From Sphaerodactylus townsendi (Eukaryota), in assembly GCF_021028975.2 (NCBI RefSeq), contig NC_059440.1:30628001-30692000 (forward strand): 64,000 nt of DNA, written 5' to 3'. Below the pieces are notes generated by a model. It searched no databases and was not told where the DNA came from. It saw only the letters and a program-made list of their open reading frames with translations. Position 1 is the first letter of the stretch; each line of letters opens with the position of its first letter. Below, one piece after another: positions 38,159-50,619 of the stretch. The translations under genes and the position numbers were made by a program.

Positions 38159-38345
38159 TTTATTTTATTTATTTATTTATTCTTTGGACTTTTATACCGC
38201 CCCATCCCCAGAGGGCTCCGGGCGGTGTACAACATACAGTCACAATACAATCATAAAATTGCTAAAACCTTTAAAAGCAGCGATAGAAAAAAATGAAAGA
38301 CTAAATATAATAAGTAGGATGAATATAAGTGGCGTCTGACAGCCC
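38159..38345 (-). mobile_element. LINE/SINE 3' end (L2-like) with (TAAA)n tail
   Basis: (ttta)n followed by tataccgccccatcccca...ggcggtgtacaac, a typical reverse L2-type terminus. Confidence 0.6.
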
Positions 38346-39399
38346 CATTTAAAAAAAAATCCTCTCCCAAGAGGGAGGGTCGGCGGAGATCCCCATCCAG
38401 ATGTATTTAACAGGAGGCCCGGGGATGTAGGGCCAGGAAAGATGACATTTCTTTGGGGTGGCCAACAGAAGATTGTTTCTGTAAGGGAAAGTTACTAGGC
38501 TACCTGTGGACCAAGGGCTCCTGGTCTTTCGTGGAGCATGAATTCAGATTTTAAAAAAGATTTCCCGCTTTTGTCCCAGAGCAAACTGTCAGGCCTGCTC
38601 CTTACAACTGAGAAGGGTTCTTTTCCCCAGTGTATCAAGTACTGCTCTCACTCAGTCAACTTTTAACCTAGACTGTCCCACAAAGCTGGTATTTCTTTCC
38701 CGTAAAAAACTTTCTTTCTTTCTCTGCCCACAACCTCACCATCTGCTCTTGTCAATTAGACGCCTCAGCAACAGCAGTGGGAAAAAGGAATCAAACATGA
38801 CATTTTTTTTTCTCATGTGAAAAGGGAGATGTTTATTTTCCTTGTTTGGGCTTTTGAAATATTGGGGGGGAGGGGAATCTTGTAGGAAATTTCCCTGGGC
38901 AGTTTCTGAAACTTGTGTTTCACGTGGAGGGTGTTTTGTAAGGAGGAGGAGGAGGAGGTTGCGTTGAACAAAGAGTACGTGGAATGAGTGTGTAGAACAG
39001 AGTCTTGCGCTCACCCAAATAAAAGCAGCTCCGAAGAATTGGGGTGCTTCAGAAACAGAACGGGGGTGCAGTAGAAAGAAGAGGGAATTGGCAGAAATAG
39101 CTATCACTCTTGTGAACTCTTCATTGTGAGTTCTTGTCTTTTTTCCTAGGCTTTTGGAAAAGGCCCTACTTAGCCACTATGTGAAACTGGAAGCTGGATT
39201 ATATGACCCCGACCAGGTCCAATCTAGTGGGGCTCTTCTGATGTTATTATTGGGGGGGTGGGGCGTTCGCTTCCTGTCCAAGCCTGGTGAACAACATGGG
39301 CTGACTGTCTGATGGCCCCTTGTATGATGCAGCAAGGAAGGCGTCTTCTTCAGGGGGAGGAAGTTTGGGAAGGGACCAAGCTCAGCGTACAGTCTAACC

Positions 39400-39534
39400 C
39401 ACAGGTGTCAAATTCGCGGCCCTCCAGATGTTATGGACTACAGTTCCCATCATCCCCTGCCAGCATCATGCTGGCAGGGGATGATGGGGACTGTAGTCCA
39501 CAACATCTGGAGGGCCGCGAATTTGACACCTGTG
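39400..39534. mobile_element. Full-length palindromic hAT MITE, 135 bp
   Basis: Near-perfect hairpin CACAGGTGTCAAA...TTTGACACCTGTG; perfect TSD gtctaacc at 39392-39399 and 39535-39542. Confidence 0.95.
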
Positions 39535-42500
39535 GTCTAACCTCTGAAGCTGCCAATTTCCCTGGAGGAATGGGTCCTTGTGGTCTAGAATTCAGTTATA
39601 ATTCCAGAGAGCTCCAGCCCCCACCTGGAGGTTGGTAACCTTTGTAGAGAAGCATCCCTGAAAACCCTGTCTCCTCACCACAGGCGTATCCAGCCGGGGG
39701 GGGGGGGGCACTGGGTGTGCCTTTGGGTCCGTTCCTGCCAAACGCCCTCCCAGTGTCCCTATAAGCCACAGAAAGAGGGTTTCAAAAACCAGAGTCCCTC
39801 GCCCACTGCTGCAGTCCCAATCCGATCCCCTCCCCACATCCAAAGTTTTAGTGACACAAGCCCAATGTCATGAGTCATTTGTCCCTTCCACGAGGCTGGA
39901 TGCAGAAATTAATTCTCCAGGTCCCAATTAATTGCCCTACAAATGCCTCCTTTATGATCATGCCAAAACTTTCAGTTTCAGTGGAAATCTTGGCACCTTT
40001 TGATGTGTAACCCTGAATGAAGGTAGGAAGTCCCTGCTGTGTGGGGGCTCCATTCCAAAAGTCAGCCTCCCAAGGCCCCCCCCCCCCGTCCTGGAAGGAG
40101 AAGTAGCCGGCCCAGGCACTGCCTCCTAGGGCTTTCTCTCTCTCTCTGTCTTTGTGCCGGAATGACCGAGATGCTGCCGTGGCCCAGAGACGTGGACTGT
40201 GGAGAATTGAAAGGCAGAATTTTTGTCCTCTTTTATATGATTAATAAGGGCACCCAGGAGGCGGTGAGTGGGGCTGATAGAGGGAATGAAAGGGAGAGAT
40301 TAGCAATTAATGTCAAGGCGAGGACAGTGACGGGCAAGGATGGGCAAGCTCTGGAGTTCCGGGCGGGTGGCACTTTCAGGGGGCTGGGACGGCGGCATCT
40401 CTGATGTGGGGAGAAACTGGCAGAGGCTGCAGGAGGCACAGATGGGGACAGACAATGACACTGAAACACTTGGAGTGCAGAATCAGGTAGAAATATTGGT
40501 GGGGGCACCTGTTCTTCCTGTGTGCCCATCTCTGGCCAATCCTTTTGTTTTTTGCTAACTGAGTAATTTGCACCTAGGCCTAGACTCCGTACCAACCATG
40601 GAGATCCACGCCCAGCACAGAATAAACTGGTCAGTACTAGAGAGGGAATTCCCATGACTCCAAGCTTCCTTGGACGTGCTGCAGCTAAATAGCAGAATTT
40701 GGGGCCCCAGCAGACTCTGCAGTGGCCCTTACCACCACCACCACCCCGCGCGCAGACGGCTCCAACCGAGCAGTGGCTCTGAGTTCCCCTGGTGCCCCCG
40801 CTCCTAGGACAGTTTAGGAAAACCCCATTAGTGTTTAGGCCAAAGCTAAGCCCTTGGGGGGGGGGGGGATTCAACTGACCCTTAGAGGGAACCTCTTGCA
40901 CAGCTGCTAGTTAGGATGATAGCAGAGATGGAACCTCCATATGCAACTGCAGCATGCCCCTGAGTGCTACATCTCGGGGCTGTGTGCCTTCATGCTCAGC
41001 TTGTCTTTTGGGACATCTGGCTGGGGGAGGCAGGAGTTCGATAGAGGCAGTTGTAGGCAGAGGAATGTAGGCCAAAGACACGGGGCTGTCAACGGATTCA
41101 GCGAACAATATCCTATCCCTTTAATAGAGGCTCAGTTATAGGGACGGGGAGCCGAAACTTTTCTTGCATGGAGGGCCGATAACATCCCCTGGCAAGACCC
41201 CAGTAAGACTCTGTGAAGGGTCTTGCTGGCAACTGGCAGGAGAGTCTGGGGGCTTTCTGGCACCCCCACCGACCCCGCCTCCCACTCCCGGGAGATGTTT
41301 CGGCCCCGGCAGCGGCAGCAGAAGATCAGCTCTCCTGGCGAGGTCTGCGGTCAGGCAATGAGGAAATTGATCAAAGGTGCGGCGGGCCGGGCTCTGCCGA
41401 TAAGCCCGGCTCTTGAAGATTATCTGGTCGGGGAAATGAGGGGATCTTATTTCAGTCAAGAAGGCCCTGAAAAGAGATCATGAGCAACTCTGGGAGCTGC
41501 CAGAGAGATGGAGGGAGGTGCCTGCGGGGGGGGGGGGGGGCTGCTCTGATCTAATCTCAGCTAAGCGGCATAAAGCAAATCCCGGCTCCTCTCCTGGGAT
41601 GTGCACAAAGGGGATAAAAAACAGGGATTCTCCCCCCCCCCCCCATTTCAGGGGAACTTGCCCGAGACTGCTGAGCAGCTGGTTCCGCTGGGGAAAGTCC
41701 TACAGTCCAGCCTGGCCGGACAAAGGAATTGCGGCTGAGGACATCCAGGCAGGTTGTCCAGGCTTTGAGGCCTTCAGTTGACCAGGACCAAGGCTGGGTT
41801 TGTCCCGGAAAGAAGACCTCCTAACTCAGGAGCCGGCTTGGACCCGAAGCCAGATCAGCAGAAAGCACAAAGCGCACTTTAGGCATGTGCAGGGTATCTT
41901 TCCCCCTACTCCTGAGCAGTCTTAGCCATGAAGCATTTTGGGAGCTCTCAGTCGCCCTCATTTATAGTAATGGAATATGTGATCACTCTGCCTTCATTTG
42001 CCTGAGGTGAACTTCTCTGGAAAGATATGGTGGATTTACACCATTGTCCTTATCGTGGCTTCCCTCATTCTCCAACAATCCTAGGGACTGTAGCTTGGCA
42101 AGGGTGCAGAGAGCTCTTTGTTAGAGGACCCTGGCAGTACTACAAGTCCCGGGGTTCTCTGGGAAAAAGAAATATTAAAGCCAGGTGTAGAGGTGGAGGT
42201 CTGGCCAGCCAGTCCCTAGAAAGCCATAGAGTTCCAAGCACTGGAGTCCTAGAGGGGCTTTGGTTTTCTCCATTCCTCCATGGAGATTGGTCCTTTTCTG
42301 CCTCCGTGCAACTTTTTATTTATTTATATACTCAATGGATGTGCCCCCCAGTAGGGCTCAGGGTGACTTTTCCTCCCATCCATGCAAAACAGCCTATCCA
42401 GCCCGCAGTTTGGTGGAAGCCCCTGGCTCAGACCAGTTGTGTGTGTGCAGCGCTAGCCCTGGTCGCCAGTTGGCAGGCTGGGTCTATCAGGACGATGGGG

Positions 42501-42849
42501 ACATCAAGACTGGTGGGTTTTGAGCTCTCAGGGGCAGTTCAGTGTCCTGCTTGATGGAGCTGGACCTTTTCCAGCCAGGCAGTGTCAGGAGTGTGGTGGC
42601 TACAGCCAGGATCTGCAGTGGTGGTCCCAATGGAGTGCCAGGCGTGGCTGGCTGGGCCACTCGGGGCCTGGTCGCCATGACAGTTTTCCAGCACCACTGC
42701 CAATGAGAGCAGCCCCCCTGCAAGCCATACAGGAACTCGGCAGTGTTTCCTTTTGCCCCAATGCCCCTGGTCTTCACAGAGTGGGAAGTGACTCTCTTTG
42801 GAGCTGATCATTTTCGAGCTGTTATCCTTTAGGGGGACCGCCCCCCCAC

Positions 42850-43900
42850 TCCTTTGCTTGGGAGCCCGAGGCCGTGGCAGGCAGGGGTGCTGTCCGGGGG
42901 GGGGGGCATCCTCGACGCCCCCTCGCCTTCCTCCCACTGAGCTTAGTTGGACAAACTTGGGGGGGCGGGCGGGGGTGCCCACTGCCCAGCGACCTCTTCT
43001 GGTCCCTCAAGGGCAGCCTGCGCTTCGTCCAAGGCGGGGCAGGGAGAGAGGGAGCCAGCGGGGGCTGCTGGGGGGCTGCGGAGGGAGGATGTGCAGCGCC
43101 GCTCCCCCTTGGGCCGCAGAGCGCGCGGAAGGGCTGGGGGGTGGCGGTGGGGCGGCTGGTTGGCAGCCCCGGCCTCTTCTCCGGGCTCTGGCGCGTCCTC
43201 CTCCCCCTCGTCCTCCTCCCCGGGAGCGCTGCGTGGCACCGGGGCGCGCCTGCACGGCGGCGGAGGCGGGCTGGGCCGTTGCGCGGAGGAGCGCCTTTGA
43301 TGCATGGCCCGAGGCCCGCTTGACGGCGGCGCAGGCGAAACCGGGCAGACAAAACGAGCCCGTCAAAGTGATGCCTGACAACTGTCGCCGGGCGATAAGG
43401 CAGCGCGCCGCGTCGGGGTGTTTCGTGCGCCGCTGCCGCCGCCGCCCCTTCCCTTGCTCGCTTTCTTCCCTTTCTTCCCAACCTCTCCCACCCCCACCCC
43501 CCGTTTCCAGAAGGCGCCGCCGAGTCCCTTTCAAGCCAGAAGCGCCGGCCAGGCAGGCAAGCAGGCAAGCAGCCTCGGCGGAGCGCAGCGCCACAGCCAG
43601 GCAGTCCGGGCGGGGCCCCACCTGTCCGCCGGTTCCTCCTGCGAAAATCCTCCTCCCCCCCCCCCTTCTCCTCTCCCCTTTCTCCTGCTGCCTAATGCGC
43701 TGTGTCGGATGCTGCCGGTGCCGAGTTTAATTATGTACCGAAGAGAAAAGGCTCAGAACATTTGCAGGTGGCCCCGATCATCGCCAGCTTATTATCCTCC
43801 GCTCTATCCACAGGGAAACACCTGCAATTCAAAGGCGAGGGTGGGGGGCGCCGGAAAAAGCCCTCTGCGTTATCTCGCAGTGGCCGTTCCTCTGACAACT
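42850..43900. promoter_or_regulatory. Intronic CpG island with enhancer-like core
   Basis: About 1 kb very rich in GC and CpG; core 43270-43410 has cctttgatg (TCF/LEF), tgacaactgtc and gataa. Confidence 0.7.
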
Positions 43901-44990
43901 GCACGAGACTGGGGGGCTGCTGGTTCTTAGCAGCCCTGCAGGCATCCCGGCAAGCTCTCCGCGTTTTCCTTGTGCCATCCATGCTTTTTTTTACCCAAAG
44001 GGGGCCAGAGCTACTCTGCCTCCTCACTGGCAAAGGACCAGGAGGCCTGTGAGAATCTACCCGCCACTGGATGGGAGGTTTGCAAGGGAGGCTCCAAGGG
44101 GGAGTGTGGCACGCACTCACACCCCCTGCCCTTTCTCACAGACTTAGGATGAGCAAGGCTTCCCTATTTGGTCTTTCGTTGGAGTGAAAAGGGCCCAGAG
44201 ACACGGATCTGCTGCTCAGGAGGAGCGCAAGAGTTTTGTTAAAGTGGAGGTCCAGGCAGGCCTCCTGTGAACCAGAAGGTGGAGCCCGGGCAAGGCCCTG
44301 GGGGTCCAGAAGCTCTGTTGCCCGTGGCTACTTCCTGGCTGGCCTTCCCGGCTGCAGCCAGTTCAGGTGCCAAATTCACTCAGTGCTTCATGCATTTGTT
44401 TACCTCGCTTGGACTCAGCCCCCCTGCCCAAGAGGGGCACAAAGAGACTTATCCTTTCCTCCTTTTCCTCCTCACCCCCACCTTGTGAGGTAGGTGAGGT
44501 GTGACTGGCCTGCGCTCACCCTGCCAGCTCCCACGGCTGAGTGGCGATTGATGCCTGGCCCTCCCAGATCCTTGCCTGTCATTCTGCCCAGTAGAATTCC
44601 CCTCAAAGACAGCTTGTCCGCCATCTCTGGTTTGCAACATTCCGTCTTGGGAAAGGTCTGGGTGTGAGGTGAGGAGTATCGCGTGTTTCAGGGGGGCAGG
44701 ATGAGGCCAAGATTGAGCCGTGGGTGCCCCACAACAACCTCTGCGCCACGTTGGGGCCCCACATCAGACAAGTGGGTGGTCTTCAGTAGGGAAACATTCC
44801 CTGAAGGCAGAAAGAATGTGAAAGGCTCTGTTTCTTCCTGGTTCTCCCAGGCCCCAAATGAGAGTAAGCAGGCCGCTGCACGCGTTCTTCAGGCCAGAAT
44901 TGGGGCCTCCTGTGCAGCCACTCAGTCACTGTGCTTCACGCTCCCCAGCTTGTGCAAGCAGTGACTGTCAGGGCAGTTCAAGGGGTAGGG

Positions 44991-45136
44991 CCGTGGTGGC
45001 GAACCTTTGGCACTCCAGATGTTATGGACTACAATTCCCGTCAGCCCCTGCCAGCATGGCCAATTGGCCATGCTGGCAGGGGCTGATGGGGATTGTAGTC
45101 CATAACATCTGGAGTGCCAAAGGTTCGCCACCACAG
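44991..45136. mobile_element. Full-length palindromic hAT MITE, 146 bp (CCGTGGTGGCGAACC terminus)
   Basis: Near-perfect hairpin centred on ggccaattggcc; perfect TSD gggtaggg. Confidence 0.95.
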
Positions 45137-48026
45137 GGGTAGGGCATGTACCCCCTCCCATACCCCTGGAGGAGGAAATGGGTAGGAATGACCATGGGGG
45201 GGGGGTTGCAGGGGGTGGTGGGCAACCAGGTGGGCAACCCCCTCCCCAACTGTTGAGCAGCAGCATTGACACCCCATTGTCTTCCATCTCCCCCCCCCCT
45301 TATTAGTTAGCACAGCATACTAGCGCATGCCTCTGTTGATTAAATAGAAGCACGAAAAGCAATGAGTGAAACCACAGCTGCAGTTTCAATCCATGCTCAG
45401 TTGCTACGTTTGGGTAAGAATAAAATGTTGAAAATCCCCCCCCCCCCCAGCAAATTCCAAAACCCGTTGTAGACCTCCTCACTGTTCCGTCAAGAAGAAC
45501 GGCAGAGCAAAATAAAATCCCAGCCAAATAGAACGGGCACACGTTCTCTTTGTCCCTCGTCTTGGGATGGTCACAAATGTCCGTGCATATCGCCAAGGGA
45601 ACCATTTGTCTAAATCCGCTCTGTTCGCATTGGAAATTAGAACCCCTTGGGGAGGGGTCCCTGGGGGCACCATAGGAGCCCCCTTATTTTAAAAAATATT
45701 TAAACCTCTGGTTGAAATAATTAGACTATTGTTATATCAGCTGCTCCGGAGTGGAATTCCATTAGCGCGTGGGCAGGGTGGCTGAGCGGTGTGAGGGACT
45801 GCAGAGGTGCTACGGTGGCAAAGGGGGGAAGGAGATCTGCCCCCCCCTTCCCAGAACCATACTGCACTTCACTGATAAACAGGAAATATCGGGGAACGGG
45901 ATTTCCACATTATCTGAGCGCGGCAGAAAATCAAAATTTCAGTCTAAATCCAAAGAGACGAGTCTCTAAGCCTCCTCCAGCTGATACGGCCAGCCCTAGC
46001 CAGAGAAGGAAGCTCAGGAGGCAGGCAGAAGATTTCTGCACTGGGGGGGTGGGGGGAGGAGAGAAAGATGATACCGTGTGGTGGAAAGAGGGGAGAAGGA
46101 GAGGGAAAGCCAAAGGCAGGAGGGGGGAGCTGAGGGCTGCCGCCCCGAGTGGCCCCTCCACTCACTCCTGAGATCTGTTTTGGACGGGGTGTTTGAGGCT
46201 CACTTATACACACACAGCCGCACGCTTGCTCACACTCAGCCGTGAGCTTCCTGCACTGCAGGGATTGGGGACGGCTGCTTTGGAAGAATGACAACCCTTG
46301 AATTAGTGATTAGCATGCACAGCCAAGTGCTCAGAGCCGCACGAGGTCTCCTTCGCACCCTAAAAGCCAGCAAGCCATTCCGCAGCCTGCTTAGAAAGAA
46401 AGCCCTGTTGCACAGCCTTGAATCCGTCTCCCTGCCTTTTTTGCCACTGGGGGCCTTCACCCACCCCATCCCCCACCCCCCCACTTGGCACTGAGCTTGG
46501 TAGAGACCTTTATCTTCTTACCTTTTTTAAAGAACCCAAAAGATCCCGAGTGCCGTTGAGAGTACCTGGAGATCACCCGGGTCTTTGGCCATGAGGGTGG
46601 CTACACAGAAAGGCCTTCCACTCACCTTCCACCAGTGAGTTAAACATTTTTGTCTTGCGATGATGTCATAAAATGGAACCTGCTGAATTTTCCATCCTCG
46701 TTCTTTTTACTCAAAAAAATTTCTCTGTTTCTGTTGCTCTTTCCCTTGTGCAAATCAAACTGGCAAATCTTGCTTTTCAAGCCGTTTCCTTCTCTCCTCG
46801 TGCCAGGGTTTCCCAACTAAAACAGACAATGTTTTTAAAGTTTTACTGTGCCAATGGCATGTAGACGGTTTACAAGAACAAAATGAACCAGGAATGCTGA
46901 AACTAAAAGGGGGCAGAATGAAAAGGCCTAGGGTGACATTTTATTTTATACTTATTGGTTAAAACACTTATATCCCACCTTTCCTTGTGGTTCGAGGCAG
47001 CTTCTGATAGTAATAGATAAAAACCGTTACCCGTTGAAAACGAAAAATAAAAAGCAAACCCCAAATCTCTCCCTGCCCCCTCAAAAGCCTCTAGCCATTC
47101 AAATATACACCACCACCCCGCATGTCATGTGTCCATGATGGGAGAGAAGGATGGCTGTAGGTTTGCAGTATTTTGCCTCTGTCAGTCCACAGCATTTGCC
47201 ATGCGGGGTGTTGTCACCAGTAGGTGAGACTCCAGCCCAGCCCTCCATCCAGGCCCCGCCCACTCGGGTTCATTCCCCTCTCTCTGCCCCCCCCCCCCGA
47301 CTTTCCTGTCTCCTCCTTGCTCTGTACGTATTTTGCACAGGATTCCAGGTTTGGCCACACTAAGGCAGGTCTGCTAAGCACGGGCAAGATGCATGCTCTG
47401 GTCCGGAAGGCGGGGCAGGGAGGCTTGAAGGTGGAAGGTCATCTGCTGGCAAGTGTTTCCGTTTAGTTCCAGATGCCAGCCTGACAGGTGTGTGCCTCTT
47501 GATTGATTCCTGGCTCCCTCAAATGTCCCTTCCAGCTTTGGCCAGACACAACAACGGGAAAGCAGAGCTACAGGAGCCATCCAGCCAGAGAGAGCTGGTG
47601 CAGCAGGCCCTTACCTGCCCAGATTGTTGGATGAACTTGAGAGGCACAAGCCTTGATCAAAGTGCTCTCACAGCCTAGCCTACCTTACAGGGTTGCTCCA
47701 AAATAAAAGCGGGAGGAAACTTGCACATGCTACATAAGGTCCTTGAAGAAGTGGGGGGGGGGGGGGGGGGATCAGCACATGCACCAGTCATTGTAACAGC
47801 ACAAAAATGTTGAACATCACAGTGCAAAGCAGGCAGCTGAAGACTCCCGAGCTGAGATGCCACCACCAAGAAGGCCCTGACTCCATCATCAGCTCACCTT
47901 GTTTCAGAAAGGGAGGAAGGGTGGAACAGCCCCTCCCAAGGGGCTTCATTCACAGCACTCTACCATCTTGAGTGTTTCCTGGCTTCTTTCGTTTTCTTCT
48001 TGAAAAAGCTGCTAAGTCTCACTCGA

Positions 48027-48060
48027 ATCGCTTCTCGGCCTTTTGGCTAAGATCAAGTGT
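48027..48060 (+). pseudogene. RNU2: 3'-truncated (tailless) U2 snRNA retropseudogene
   Basis: ATCGCTTCTCGGCCTTTTGGCTAAGATCAAGTGT equals U2 nt 1-34; flanked by taagtctcactcg (48013-48025) and taaatctcactcg (48062-48074). Confidence 0.92.
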
Positions 48061-50240
48061 GTAAATCTCACTCGCCTTGAGGGTTGGAAGACCGTCCTCT
48101 TCTTTCAGACAGTGGCAGAAAGGGCAAGAGGAAGGAGCACTTTGGACAAGGAAGGACCTCAAACTCCACCTCCTGTTAGTTCAACTTGAAAAAAAGATCC
48201 CTTTTCTCTGGTGCACATGGAACCTGTGACTCCATTTTCACACCACTTTCCATACCCTGGTGCTGATGTCTTCCCATGAAACGCGTGCAATTTTTCAACC
48301 AACTTTTTCAGCAATTGCACCCAAATGCCATATAATGCAGACTCGAGTGTCCTAATGATATGAAGAAAAAAACAAACAAATTGGAACACAAGCAACGAAA
48401 AATGGTAGAAAGAAAAAGCAAGGAACGGGATCAGAAAGGGGCACCTGCGTTCCTCCTCCTCCTGTTCTTGGGCTTGCTGGGGAACTTTGCGCATCCTGTT
48501 TTAAAAGGGAACAAAAACCAAGGAGCCTGTATTAAAAATTCACCCCAGCCGAATGCAGCATTGTCTATTCCAATCGTGTCCCTCCTTGGCTGATAGGATC
48601 TCTTGGTGCTCTGCAGCTTCGGCATTCGGCAAAAGAGGGACTGGAAGGGAGCAAATTGTATAAAGCTCCTATCTACCAGAATCTCTCCTGAGGAAACTGA
48701 GTTTGTAGGGTTTTTTTTTAAAAAAAAGAGCCTTGTTTGTGTTTTCCTTTCTCTCCCTCTCCCTCTCTATCTCTCTCTCTCTCTGCCCCCACTGGTGCCT
48801 GTTTAAACGTAAGAGCGCCACGGGCGCATTTGTGCTAATTTTTTGTGTATGCTTTTTATCGTCCTGGTGATGCGCCGGCAGCTTTATCCACCGATAAGTG
48901 GATTAGTTGTTGAGCTAAACAAAAAAGGTGTTTGACAACTAGGAAGTTCCAAAGAACATATTTTTGTTTTGCAAAGAATGGAGCTGTGTTTTCTTGTTTG
49001 TGTTTTTTTTTTCCCCGGCATTGCAGTTTGCAAATTCCGTAAGCTGGAAGAGAGCAAGAGAGAGGGAAGAATCTTGCAGCTCACCCCTCATCTCCACTCC
49101 TTACAGTTCGGTTTTAAAAAACTCTCTACCTTCTTGGGCCAATTGCCCAGTGGCTGATGTGGCGTAGTTGCCCATGTGGCCCAGTGGCAGAATACCTGCC
49201 TTGTAAGCAGCAGGTTTTGGGTTTGGCCGATGTCATCTCCACTTTAAAAAGGGGTTGGAAAGAGAGCTTCTCTGCCTCTCAGGGGAGGCATTGATGGTCT
49301 TCCTGTTAAATGGCGAGAATGGAATTGCTGGGCCTTGTATCACATTTGCAGCTAGGAAGGGATTTTCTGTCAGATCTGATTGGCTAGAAGAAGAAGGTGC
49401 TTCAACACCCAACTACTTGCACCCATCATCCCACACTATTTTTTTTTTGGTCCTTTCTAAGCCCCTAAGAGTTTTGGTGGAGCAGACCAAACAAGAGTTT
49501 CCTAACAATGACCAAGTATGTGCTGCTGCGAATCTCTCAAAGGAGGGTAGGAAAGTGATGACTCTTTTCCCCTTGTTGCTTAAAGCCAACCTCTGGGCTC
49601 CTTTCCTTGCTATTGGGGTCAATGAGAACCCTGGAAGACCAGGCCAGGTGGCCCCCTGGTCCAGCATTCTGTTTCTAAAAGAATTCACCACTGAGAATCC
49701 TCCAAGCAGGATTTATGGGCCTTTCACTATTTTCCTTCTCCAGCAGTCGATTTTCAAATCTAGTGAGTGTGGAGGTTCTGTTTAACTAATGTGGCTCATA
49801 GCTGTTGAAAGAGGCACCTCCAAACAATATTCCAAATGTTTTTTGAAGCAACCCAAATAATCCATACCTTATGGTTGTTCAATGTCATCATGTTGTAAAA
49901 AGCTTCTTTGAGACCCTTCTTTGAGACCCTTCCTTGAATGCAGATTCTAGCCTTAAGAGAGAATGAATGCTCTTCCTGTCTGAGGAACCTTAAACCAATT
50001 GCCTAAGCTACCTTGCAAGGTTGTTGTTTTTTTAGGATAAACAAATGAGGAAAAATCCACCTATGATGCCTTGAGTTCTTGGGAAAGGGGGCAAATAAAA
50101 ATCTTCCAGATTTTGCAACTGCCCTCAACCCTGTTCTATGCGTGGTTTCAACCTCAGAACATAACAAAGTATGAAGAGGAGGTGCACTATACTCTTCCTT
50201 CCCCATCAAGTAACCCTTCTGCATCAGAGACAGCATAGAG

Positions 50241-50356
50241 CAGGGGTGTCCACCTCTGGTGCCCCAGATGTTCATGGACTACAATTCCCATGCTGGCAGG
50301 GACTGATGGGAATCATAGTCCATGAACATCTGGGGCACCAGAGGTGGACACCCCTG
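50241..50356. mobile_element. Palindromic hAT MITE (CAGGGGTGTCCACC terminus)
   Basis: Inverted arms; TSD gcatagag/gcacagaa. Confidence 0.85.
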
Positions 50357-50619
50357 GCACAGAAGGAGCCAACTCCCCCAGACTAGTTTGGGTTGCCCTA
50401 CAGTGGCAGCTATGAACCAGCAGGGGGCTCTTGACTAAAAACCGGGGCAGCCTCAGTCAGGTATGAAGGTGAGACCTTTTACGTGGGCTTCGAATGAAGT
50501 GTGGTTCCTTGGTCTTCAGCAGGAAGGAGAAAGAGAAAGGGAGGGGGTTAGAAAAAAAACATGTTAAAAGTCCCCAGCTGGCAGTTAGAGGCATCTGCAC
50601 TCAGACTGAAGGCTCCAGC

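Noticed and set aside
42798-43930. Long overlapping ORFs (up to 310 aa) on both strands
   Set aside because: Low-complexity R/G/P/A translations expected from stop-codon depletion in a CpG island; no recognisable domain.
48027-48060. Functional U2 snRNA gene
   Set aside because: Only 34 nt; no Sm site or 3' stem-loops; bounded by a TSD.
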